A stretch of DNA of 64,000 bases from Caldisericia bacterium (GTDB taxonomy: Bacteria > Caldisericota > Caldisericia > JAAYUI01), in assembly GCA_017999835.1 (NCBI GenBank), contig JAGNLA010000005.1:66263-130262 (forward strand), read 5' to 3'. Shown here piece by piece: positions 28,984 through 37,173 of the stretch (positions are counted from its first letter, which is position 1; each line of letters begins with the position of its first letter). The notes beneath the pieces are model-generated. The model made no database searches, had not been told where the DNA came from, and saw only the letters and a list, made by a program, of their open reading frames with translations. The translations under genes were made by a program, and so were the position numbers.

Positions 28984-31464
28984 TCAGAGCGGATCCCAGA
29001 CGATTGTTATGGTTTTTGTCACTTTGTCCCAAGCCACCACGGCCCCGAATGGTTCAGATATGAACCTGAGCGGAACAAAGGTTCGGCCTTTGATGATTAT
29101 TGGCGGGGAATCGAGCTTTTTTTCTTCGGTATTGACCTTTGCAGTATTTTTGCCTTTCCAGAGCCTTATTGTGATGTCATTTCTGATGATGGTGACCTTG
29201 CCTTCTTTTGCGTCCCATTCGACCTTGCAGCCAAAAGACTCAGAGATAAAGCGGATTGGCACCATTGTTCTGCCATTGATTATTCTTGCAGGAGCATCCA
29301 GCGCTACCTGCTTGCCGTTGAGCTTTGCCTTGTCAGAGTCGATGACCAGCTCGAGCACAATTCCTTTGTCCGTTTCGATGGTAACCGGCACAGCGACAGT
29401 CATACAAAAGTTTTGCTCATCTATAATGTCAATGCTTCCTGTAAACGTCTTTCCAGTTGGCATGGTTGAGGGCTGAATGGTCACTTCAACCGTCTTGCTC
29501 TCTCCTCCGCCCAGTTCAACTGAGCTTGTTGAAAGCTGAATCCAGTTGGCGTTTGGTTTAATCCTGATTTTTGTTTGTCTTGTCGAGGAAATGGCAAGCG
29601 AGATTGTTTTCTTTGTTCCTCTTGCCACATACCCAAAATCAAGTTTCCCTGGCAAAACCGACAAACAGTCACCTTTTTGGTCAGAAACCACTATCTGAAC
29701 AGGTATCTCTATGAAGCTGTTGTTGTAGCTTGCTGTGATTTTTGCGTCGATTATCTGGCCTGGATTCAGGTTCTCTGCTGACAGCAAAACTTCTATGTTT
29801 GTTTGGTTTTTTGCCCTCAGCTCAAGCTTGCTTTGAGAAAGCGACAGCATTGGCGATGAACACTGAAGGTCGACAGTCATGTCCACTTGCGATACAAAAC
29901 CCAGGTTTGCCGTGTACGGTTTTTGTGAGCCAGCAGTTACCTTGTCAAACCTCAAGGATTCCGGGATTGCCTTGAGAAACCTGACAATTGTGACCGGTGC
30001 AAATGCAGTTATATCAGCACATGTGCATTTAATCTGGCATGAGCCTTCCTTGTTTGCGGTAAAAACTCCTTCGGAATCAACAGTTCCAGCTTTGCCATCG
30101 ACTTCCCACAGTAACCCATCGGTTTCTATCAATTGTCCTTTGTCATCGTAAACTTGTGCTTCAAACTTTTGAGATGTGCCTGGCTCCATGACAATCGAGT
30201 CTGGTTTTATAATGATTCTTGCAGGCTTAGAGATATCTGAGCCTGGGGCGCCTGAGTCGCCAAGATCCTCAAGTTCAGGGTAAGTTGGGTTCTTGAGCTT
30301 GAAGGTGTAAATGGTGTTGTCGCCCATCAAATAAATCCTGTCCCTGTCGATTGTTGTTGGCAAGGCTGGCGCTTTTATTGGATTGCTCCAAAGTTTCTTG
30401 CCAGTATTGATGTCAGAGCAGTTGACCTCTTTTTTTGTGGCTGTGAAAACGTAATCATCGGTGATTGTCGCCGAAAACCCGAGTTCTTTGTTCGACCACA
30501 CCCGTTTGCCGGTAAGTGCGTCCAGGCAGACAAAACCATCGAGAGTGTCACAGAGGAAATATTTGTCGTTTACCGCAACGTAATCGTAGTATTCTCCACT
30601 TTTGTTTACGCGGTTCTGCCAAATTTTAACACCATCGGCAAGATTCATGCAAGTGAAAAGGAATGAGCCATCGTCATCTCTGGTTATCGAATAAACCATT
30701 CCATTCCTGATTGCTGGCGAGTAAACCTTGAACCCAAGCTTTACAGACCAAACAAGGCCATCATCAGAATTATTCTTTGTTGTGTCAAAACAATAAAGGG
30801 AGCCCTTGTCCGTGCCAACAACCATCCTGTTGCTGTCAAATGCCGGTGTGGTAAAAATCCTGCCCATTTTGTCATACTTCCAGATAAGCCTTCCTGTCCT
30901 TGCGTCCAGGCAGTTGAAGTAGCAGGTTTTTGAGTTGAGGATGTTGGACTGGTCTGCTGAATCCACATAAAGCCTGTCCTTGTAGACAACCGGATGACTG
31001 TCTATGAAACCTGAAAGCGTCGTCGTCCAAAGGAGGTTTTTTGTGGCAAAATCAACGCACTCCACCCTGCCAGACTCAAGGCAGATGAAAAGCTTTCCCT
31101 TGTCGTAGCAAGGGGTTTTCATCGGACTTTTAAGGTTGTAAGTCCAAAGGAGTTTGGGGTTGTGATCCTGCGGGTTTGCCAGGTAGCTGTAAAGCGTTCC
31201 AGAGTAGCCATAGGTTATGACCCTGTTGCCAATCACAAGGAGCTTTCGGAGAAGCAGGTATTCCTTTATGTCAGTTGTCCAGTCAAGCTCGTAATCGCTT
31301 GATTTTGGCGAACAATCAGCCGGTACCCAGTGGCAACCATCCGGTGTTCTGCCAAACATCGGCCATCCCAGGCATGTTTGCTCTGATTTTGCTGGAAAAG
31401 AGAATGAAAATAGTGAAAAAATGATTGAAACTATTAGCCAAAGATTGATAAAGCGTTTTCCCAT
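28984..31464 (-). CDS. Secreted PQQ-like propeller, Big_2 Ig-like and tandem CuAO-N-like surface protein
   Basis: The true start is probably MGKRFINLWLIVSIIF; the listed 31671 start would overlap rplL. Repeated G(K/R)..W blades, a Big_2-like segment, and two VP(I/L)RFISE domains. Confidence 0.7.
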   Translation of the reverse strand: MGKRFINLWLIVSIIFSLFSFSFPAKSEQTCLGWPMFGRTPDGCHWVPADCSPKSSDYELDWTTDIKEYLLLRKLLVIGNRVITYGYSGTLYSYLANPQDHNPKLLWTYNLKSPMKTPCYDKGKLFICLESGRVECVDFATKNLLWTTTLSGFIDSHPVVYKDRLYVDSADQSNILNSKTCYFNCLDARTGRLIWKYDKMGRIFTTPAFDSNRMVVGTDKGSLYCFDTTKNNSDDGLVWSVKLGFKVYSPAIRNGMVYSITRDDDGSFLFTCMNLADGVKIWQNRVNKSGEYYDYVAVNDKYFLCDTLDGFVCLDALTGKRVWSNKELGFSATITDDYVFTATKKEVNCSDINTGKKLWSNPIKAPALPTTIDRDRIYLMGDNTIYTFKLKNPTYPELEDLGDSGAPGSDISKPARIIIKPDSIVMEPGTSQKFEAQVYDDKGQLIETDGLLWEVDGKAGTVDSEGVFTANKEGSCQIKCTCADITAFAPVTIVRFLKAIPESLRFDKVTAGSQKPYTANLGFVSQVDMTVDLQCSSPMLSLSQSKLELRAKNQTNIEVLLSAENLNPGQIIDAKITASYNNSFIEIPVQIVVSDQKGDCLSVLPGKLDFGYVARGTKKTISLAISSTRQTKIRIKPNANWIQLSTSSVELGGGESKTVEVTIQPSTMPTGKTFTGSIDIIDEQNFCMTVAVPVTIETDKGIVLELVIDSDKAKLNGKQVALDAPARIINGRTMVPIRFISESFGCKVEWDAKEGKVTIIRNDITIRLWKGKNTAKVNTEEKKLDSPPIIIKGRTFVPLRFISEPFGAVVAWDKVTKTITIVWDPL

Positions 31465-31480
31465 AAAAGCTATTATACAA

Positions 31481-31512
31481 ACAAAAATGCCCGATGCAAA
31501 GCACCGGGCATT
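31481..31512 (-). terminator. Rho-independent terminator after rplL
   Basis: atgcccg-atgcaaagcac-cgggcat hairpin, with a T run on the minus strand. Confidence 0.6.
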
Positions 31513-31540
31513 ATGAAAGCTAAATTTGTTGTTACTGAGC

Positions 31541-31915
31541 TTATTTGACTTCGACTGTTGCGCCGACGGCCACGAGCTTGCCTTTGATTTCTTCGGCTTC
31601 GTCCTTGGAAACTTTTGTCTTGACTGGCTTTGGAGCTGCGTCAACGAGGGCTTTTGCTTCTGAGAGGCCAAGGCCTGAGACTTCTTTAACGACCTTGATG
31701 ACCTGAACCTTCTGTTGTCCGGCTTCTGTGATGATGACGTCGAACTCAGTCTGTTCCTTTTCTTCTGCTGGTGCTGCGCCCATTGGCATCATGCCGCCCA
31801 TCATAACTGGAGCTGCTGCTGAAACGCCGAATCTCTCTTCGATCATCTTGACCAGTTCTGAGAGTTCGAGCACTGTCATTTTTTCAATTGCTTCAAGAAT
31901 TTCTTCTTTTGTCAT
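31541..31915 (-). CDS. rplL: Ribosomal protein L7/L12
   Basis: [23 protein letters not shown]... Confidence 0.9.
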   Translation of the reverse strand: MTKEEILEAIEKMTVLELSELVKMIEERFGVSAAAPVMMGGMMPMGAAPAEEKEQTEFDVIITEAGQQKVQVIKVVKEVSGLGLSEAKALVDAAPKPVKTKVSKDEAEEIKGKLVAVGATVEVK

Positions 31916-31948
31916 TTTATTTTTATTCTCCTTTTTTTATTTTTGTTT

Positions 31949-32530
31949 TCATGCTGCTTCAGCTGGTGTTTCAGCTGGCTGTTCCGGTGTCGGTTCAGGC
32001 GATCCGCCTTCCGCCTTCTTGTCTGCATAAGCCTTCACGACTCTTGCAAATCCTACGATTGTACCATTGAGTGCACGTGCAAAACTTGAAATTGGTGCCT
32101 GGAACGTTGCTGCAACCTGACCAAGCATCTCCTGTCTTGTTGGTAGTGATGCAAGTGCTTTTGCGCCAGCTGCATTGAGAACCTGACCTTCTGAGTAAGC
32201 TGCCTTAACCTTGAAATACTTTGCATATTTCTTTGCAATTTCGGAAACTGTCTTTGCTGCTACAGGTGCTTCCTCGGCAAACGCGAATGCGGATGGTCCC
32301 TTGAGATACTTCTCCAGCTGCGTTTCGACGCCGTTCTCACGAGCGACTATCTGTACGAGTGTGTTTTTGAAGACTGTGAGTGTAACTCCCGCCTTCCTGC
32401 ACTGCCTTCTTGCATCGGTTATCGGTGCTGCAGGCATGAGCTGTGTATCAATAATTACGAATCCACCAGATTCTTTCCAAAGCTTCCTGATTTCCTCAAG
32501 CTGCTCGGTTTTTACTGCTTTCGTTTTCAA
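31949..32530 (-). CDS. rplJ: Ribosomal protein L10
   Basis: L10-like sequence and position between rplA and rplL. The start is TTG. Confidence 0.85.
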   Translation of the reverse strand: MKTKAVKTEQLEEIRKLWKESGGFVIIDTQLMPAAPITDARRQCRKAGVTLTVFKNTLVQIVARENGVETQLEKYLKGPSAFAFAEEAPVAAKTVSEIAKKYAKYFKVKAAYSEGQVLNAAGAKALASLPTRQEMLGQVAATFQAPISSFARALNGTIVGFARVVKAYADKKAEGGSPEPTPEQPAETPAEAA

Positions 32531-32726
32531 TTATGTGTCCTCCTTTCCAACAAAAATGACCCTACCAAAACAAAGGTAGGGTCATTTTTAATTATTATCC
32601 CTATATTCCTTTGCCTCGGCAGGCGGTTCTACCATTAAACACCCCTTTTAGGGCGATAACCTGCTGTCACTAGCAACGATTCAAATCAAGGTGCGTTTGC
32701 TAAGTTTTTTTATCTGTACACTTGCA
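32531..32726 (-). promoter_or_regulatory. rplJ (L10) leader with a terminator-like hairpin just upstream of the RBS
   Basis: tgaccctacc-tttgtttt-ggtagggtca at 32557..32584, followed by TTTTTG on the minus strand and then AAGGAGG. Confidence 0.45.
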
Positions 32727-33437
32727 TTATGCAAGTTTTGATACTTGTGAAGATACTTTGTTGACATCCATTATGATGCCTGGGCTCTGAGTGAGGCTCA
32801 TGCTCATGGACTGAATGAATGTTCCCTTGAGTGATGCCGGTCTTGCTTTGAGAACTGCTAACATGTAAGCAACGAAGTTTTTCTTGAGGGCTTCTTTTTC
32901 AAAGCTGATTTTTCCGATTGGGACGTTCATGTCTGCAAACTTGCTGACACGATATTCAATCTTACCGGCCTTGAACTCTGAGATTCCTCCGGCAAGATCC
33001 ATTGTGACCGTACCAGTTTTTGGGTTCGGCATAAGTCCTTTTGGACCAAGTACCTTACCGAGTTTTGATACGGTACCCATCATGTCAGGGGTTGCCATGG
33101 CAAGGTCAAACTCAAACCAGCCGCCAGCGATTTTGTCGACCAAGTCCTGATCGCCAACCGCATCGGCTCCGGCTGCTCTTGCTTCCTGTGCCTTTTCGCC
33201 TTTTGCAAAAACTGCGATTCTGACAACTTTACCTGTTCCTGACGGAAGGGCAACTGAACCGCGGATGTACTGGTCAGCCTGTTTTGGGTCAACGCCAAGC
33301 TTGAGCGTAACTTCGACTGTTTCGTCAAACTTCGATGACTTCATCTTGTAGACTAGGTCGAACGCTTCTTCCATGTCGTACTTCTTGTCGACTGTGAGGA
33401 GCTTCTCAAGTTTCTGATAACGCTTGCTTCTTCTCAT
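32727..33437 (-). CDS. rplA: Ribosomal protein L1
   Basis: Typical L1 sequence and gene context. Confidence 0.9.
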   Translation of the reverse strand: MRRSKRYQKLEKLLTVDKKYDMEEAFDLVYKMKSSKFDETVEVTLKLGVDPKQADQYIRGSVALPSGTGKVVRIAVFAKGEKAQEARAAGADAVGDQDLVDKIAGGWFEFDLAMATPDMMGTVSKLGKVLGPKGLMPNPKTGTVTMDLAGGISEFKAGKIEYRVSKFADMNVPIGKISFEKEALKKNFVAYMLAVLKARPASLKGTFIQSMSMSLTQSPGIIMDVNKVSSQVSKLA

Positions 33438-33532
33438 GTTTCCTCCTTGCGGTGTTATCGGACAATGCCTTATTGCACAATCCTTCCGCTAGCTTTCCGG
33501 CCTTGACCGGAAGAACCGAAAAATGTTACTTA

Positions 33533-33964
33533 TCAATAGCCTTCGACGTCAACGCCCATTGAACGGGCTGTGCCTGCTACCATCGACTTTGCTGCTTCCA
33601 TGGTGTCGCAGTTGATGTCTGGCATCTTGGTCTTTGCAATTTCTTCAAGCTGGGCCAATGAGAGCTTGCCAACTTTTTTCTTGTTTGGTTCACCTGAGCC
33701 CGAGCCAACCTTGAGCGATTTCTTGATCAGATCTGAGACTGGCGGTGTCTTAAGGATGAAGTCAAAGCTTCTATCCGAATAGACGTTGATGATTACTGGA
33801 ATGATCGAATCGCCTTTGTCTTTTGTCTTTTCATTGAATTCCTTGCAAAACTGCATGATGTTGACACCACGCTGTCCAAGCGCTGGTCCAACTGGTGGTG
33901 CCGGATTAGCTTTTCCTGCAAGAATCTGAAGTTTTACCTGAGCTTCTACCTTTTTTGCTGCCAT
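33533..33964 (-). CDS. rplK: Ribosomal protein L11
   Basis: [29 protein letters not shown]. Confidence 0.9.
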   Translation of the reverse strand: MAAKKVEAQVKLQILAGKANPAPPVGPALGQRGVNIMQFCKEFNEKTKDKGDSIIPVIINVYSDRSFDFILKTPPVSDLIKKSLKVGSGSGEPNKKKVGKLSLAQLEEIAKTKMPDINCDTMEAAKSMVAGTARSMGVDVEGY

Positions 33965-33975
33965 CTTTTTGCTCC

Positions 33976-34509
33976 TTAAATCAGTTCAATGTTGACAAAG
34001 TCAAGCTCAACAGGCATCTCACGACCGAACATTGAAAGTCTGACCTTTGTCTTTTCCTTTTCTTCGTTGATCGATTCAACAATACCTATCATCTCGTTGA
34101 ATGGACCACCAACTACTCTTATGCTATCTCCAACATGGAAGTTCAGCGAAGCCTTGGCTTCTTCCAAACCTACACGCTTAAGCATCTGTTTTACTTCTTC
34201 CTCGTCGAGCGGAAGCGGCTTGCCGCCTGAACCAACGAAACCGATCACACCTGGTGTGTTTCTGACAACATACCAAGATTGGTCGGTCATTATCATTTCA
34301 ACTAAAACGTAACCTGGATAAACCTTTTCCGGGAGAACCTGGCGTTTTCCATCTTTGAGCCTGACCTGATAATCCACCGGGACTTCCACTCTGAAGATGA
34401 GATCTTCCATATTCATTGATTGAATACGCTGAAGAAGATTGATCTTCACTTTGTTTTCGTAGCCCGAGTAAGTGTGGAGAACGTACCACTTTGGTTCTGG
34501 AAGCGCCAT
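33976..34509 (-). CDS. nusG: Transcription antiterminator NusG
   Basis: [14 protein letters not shown] domain and a C-terminal KOW domain. Confidence 0.9.
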   Translation of the reverse strand: MALPEPKWYVLHTYSGYENKVKINLLQRIQSMNMEDLIFRVEVPVDYQVRLKDGKRQVLPEKVYPGYVLVEMIMTDQSWYVVRNTPGVIGFVGSGGKPLPLDEEEVKQMLKRVGLEEAKASLNFHVGDSIRVVGGPFNEMIGIVESINEEKEKTKVRLSMFGREMPVELDFVNIELI

Positions 34510-34526
34510 GTTTCTACCTGTTTACC

Positions 34527-35006
34527 TCACGGATTGTTTGGTGTTGTTGTTGAAGAACCCGGCTGGGTTGTTGTACCTGGCTGAGTTGTTGTTGGAGCTG
34601 TTTCAGTTGGAGTAAGCGGGATTGACTGTGTTGTGCCTGTGCCATCGTTAGTGTTTGTGGTTTCGTCGCCTGGGAATGGAACGGATGGGTCATACCCTGG
34701 TTCTTTGTTTTTTCTCTTCTCTGCCATGAAAGCGTCTCTTTCGGAAGCGGAATTGAATCTCTGTACCTGATCAATTGTAATCTTTCCTTCAGATGCCCTC
34801 TGGAGCATGACCGTATCGTAGTAGTCGTCAATGACAAACTTCTGTGCCGAGATGAAAATTGAATCAAAGGCAAAAATGATTATTGCCCAGATCAAGACGA
34901 AGGAGACAATGATCGTTGTGGCGACAACAAGTCTTTTGCCTGTTGGCCAGGTCACCTTCTGTGTCATTTCGTACCAGACATCTTTGAAAAATTGAATTAT
35001 TTTCAT
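34527..35006 (-). CDS. secE: SecE with an unusually long (~100 aa) Thr/Pro-rich C-terminal extension
   Basis: KVTWPTGKR followed by a transmembrane segment. The start is reset to MKIIQ because the listed ORF start runs into the tRNA. Confidence 0.7.
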   Translation of the reverse strand: MKIIQFFKDVWYEMTQKVTWPTGKRLVVATTIIVSFVLIWAIIIFAFDSIFISAQKFVIDDYYDTVMLQRASEGKITIDQVQRFNSASERDAFMAEKRKNKEPGYDPSVPFPGDETTNTNDGTGTTQSIPLTPTETAPTTTQPGTTTQPGSSTTTPNNP

Positions 35007-35023
35007 CTTTTGGTTCCTCTTTT

Positions 35024-35099
35024 TGGCAGGCCCAGAGGGACTTGAACCCCCAACACCTGGTTTTGGAGACCAGTGCTCTACCAATTGAGCTATGGACCT
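35024..35099 (-). tRNA. trnW: tRNA-Trp (CCA)
   Basis: Folded by hand: acceptor AGGTCCA/TGGGCCT, D arm GCTC..GAGC, anticodon loop CTCCAAA, T arm GGGGG-TTCAAGT-CCCTC, and an encoded CCA. Confidence 0.85.
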
Positions 35100-35172
35100 G
35101 CGTGCAATGCTATACCGAAGATTGAATTTTAGTTAGAGGACAGCCTGTGTCAAGCAGGAATTTCATTAAAGC

Positions 35173-36210
35173 TTGCATTGCGATAAAAAAATGATTATTA
35201 TCTTTCCAATGGATAGAGAAAACCTCATGCTGGACTCAGAAGTACTCAGAGACTACCGCAGAAAAGAATCCAAAGCAAGAAATATTTTGCTGGGCGTTGT
35301 TGCAGTTCTTTTTTTTATTATCGGCATTTCCATAACGCTTGCCATCACTATGCCTGCTTCAAGGCTTGAAACTGCTGGACAACACATAAAAGACTACAAC
35401 ATGGAGCTTGATGCCCACAAAAAAGCACTGGCAGCGGTTGATTCCCTCTACGCTCAATCATGCAAATCCCAATTCAATAGTGACTTTTTGGCCATCTTCC
35501 CAGTTACTAAAATAACCAAGGTAGTGCAAAAGCCAAAAACTGTCGTAACAACCGAAGTTGCCAAGGTTCCGGCAAAAACGCAACAAACCACAGCACCAAA
35601 GCCGGCATCCGGAAACAACACAAAATCCAGCACAAAAACTACAACTTCGAGTACAAAGCCTGCTCAAACAACCAGTAAAACCACAACAACAAACAAAGCT
35701 CCGCAAACTGCCACGGCAAAAACGGAGAAAACCGTCCCAACAGGGCTATTTGCAGATGCAGTGCCGATTCCAGCAATGATTGTTCGTCCTGCAGACGCAA
35801 ACTACGGCATTCCTGAAAACTGGCCGATTAGCTCACCTGTCTCGGTTCCCTATGGTTACAGACCTGAACGTGGAAGGTTCCACGCAGGCGTAGACCTCGA
35901 TGCAGAAGTAGGCGTTCCGGTCGAGGCTGCAGGTGCTGGAAAGGTTATCCGTGCTGAATGGTTTGCAGGATACGGCATGTGTGTAGACATTGAACATGCC
36001 AATGGCTATGTAACCAGATATGGCCACCTAAGCGAGATTTTTGTAAAAAAAGACCAGTGGGTTGAGGTTTGCGAATGGATTGGCGCGAATGGCAACACCG
36101 GCAACTCCTCTGCTCCACACGTTCATTTTGAAGTCCACGTCAATGGCAACACAATCGACCCTGAATCAATAAACTGGACGATCCGAAAGATGCCGCCAAA
36201 GGCTTATTGA
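35173..36210 (+). CDS. M23 family metallopeptidase
   Basis: HAGVDLDA....HANGY..YGHL...HVHFEV motifs, an N-terminal transmembrane segment, and a T/K-rich linker. Confidence 0.8.
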   Translation: MHCDKKMIIIFPMDRENLMLDSEVLRDYRRKESKARNILLGVVAVLFFIIGISITLAITMPASRLETAGQHIKDYNMELDAHKKALAAVDSLYAQSCKSQFNSDFLAIFPVTKITKVVQKPKTVVTTEVAKVPAKTQQTTAPKPASGNNTKSSTKTTTSSTKPAQTTSKTTTTNKAPQTATAKTEKTVPTGLFADAVPIPAMIVRPADANYGIPENWPISSPVSVPYGYRPERGRFHAGVDLDAEVGVPVEAAGAGKVIRAEWFAGYGMCVDIEHANGYVTRYGHLSEIFVKKDQWVEVCEWIGANGNTGNSSAPHVHFEVHVNGNTIDPESINWTIRKMPPKAY

Positions 36211-36320
36211 TTCTCCACAATACAAAAACCATATAATATTTTCTTTATTTGATTATGTTGGAATTGGCATTAGCCTCTTGCTTATAACAACAAATCCATG
36301 ATGATTTTGTCGTATAGAGG

Positions 36321-37103
36321 TTGAAAATGAAACGTTTGTCTTGGTTTTCGTATGTTGGTATTGCTTTGGCCGTTATTGCCATATTTGTCGGTATACTCGA
36401 TTTTGGCGCAATCTCCCACAACACCAGAGTCTTTGTCCAGTTCCCAATACTGCTGCTTATGGTTGCCGCATCTGCTTCAAGCTTCTTCTTGCAACTTAAA
36501 GACGCTGTCCCTGAAAAAAACACGTGGCTCTGGCTAATGCTTGCCAGCGTCTTCACTCTGCTTGGCGACGCATTCTTCGTCTACGGCAACATTGTCTCGT
36601 CTATGACCATCATCGCCATCAGTTCTGGATTGATGTTTCTTGCCTATGCGTGCTTTATTGTTGGTCTTCTGGTAATGGGCAGGCACCTTCGCACAAATGA
36701 GAACAAAAACAGATTTTGGATTCCGTCCATAATTGCTTTTTTGGGATTTGTGGTTGCAGGTTTTCTGCTGTTCCGGTCATTTGAAACCTCAAACCTGGAC
36801 AGCATTCTCAAAGTGACATTTACCGCCTACCTTGCTGCAGACTTTTTCCTGATTGTGGCCAATCTTTTGGTTGTCATGAGAACATTGGGTGGAAAATTGA
36901 GCCTGCCATTTTTAATGATCTGCATCGGTTGCTGCATGCTTGTCGCCTACCAGATGAGCTCGCTGTTCATGATGTCGGCCGGAATAGACATTTACACAAA
37001 CAAAATCCAACTTGTTTTTGTAGCAGCTCTTGCAATTCTGACTGTCGGAGTCGACATGAGGTTTGGCCTTCAAAGAGAGATGGACAGGCTGGGATCTAAC
37101 TAA
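36321..37103 (+). CDS. Hypothetical polytopic membrane protein
   Basis: About 7 hydrophobic helices. Confidence 0.4.
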   Translation: MKMKRLSWFSYVGIALAVIAIFVGILDFGAISHNTRVFVQFPILLLMVAASASSFFLQLKDAVPEKNTWLWLMLASVFTLLGDAFFVYGNIVSSMTIIAISSGLMFLAYACFIVGLLVMGRHLRTNENKNRFWIPSIIAFLGFVVAGFLLFRSFETSNLDSILKVTFTAYLAADFFLIVANLLVVMRTLGGKLSLPFLMICIGCCMLVAYQMSSLFMMSAGIDIYTNKIQLVFVAALAILTVGVDMRFGLQREMDRLGSN

Positions 37104-37117
37104 TCATAACAGCACAA

Positions 37118-37150
37118 ATAAAAAACAGCCCCCGAAAATCGGGGGCTGTT
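37118..37150 (-). terminator. Rho-independent terminator
   Basis: acagcccccg-aaaat-cgggggctgt hairpin, with a T run on the minus strand. Confidence 0.65.
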
Positions 37151-37173
37151 GCATTCTATGTTGAATTACCTGA

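Noticed and set aside
31465-31671. Listed start of the 895-aa ORF overlapping rplL
   Set aside because: The region up to 31512 contains the rplL terminator hairpin, and the signal peptide begins at the internal Met (31464).
35007-35084. N-terminal extension of the secE ORF
   Set aside because: It overlaps the tRNA-Trp gene on the same strand, and the conserved SecE sequence starts at the internal Met.
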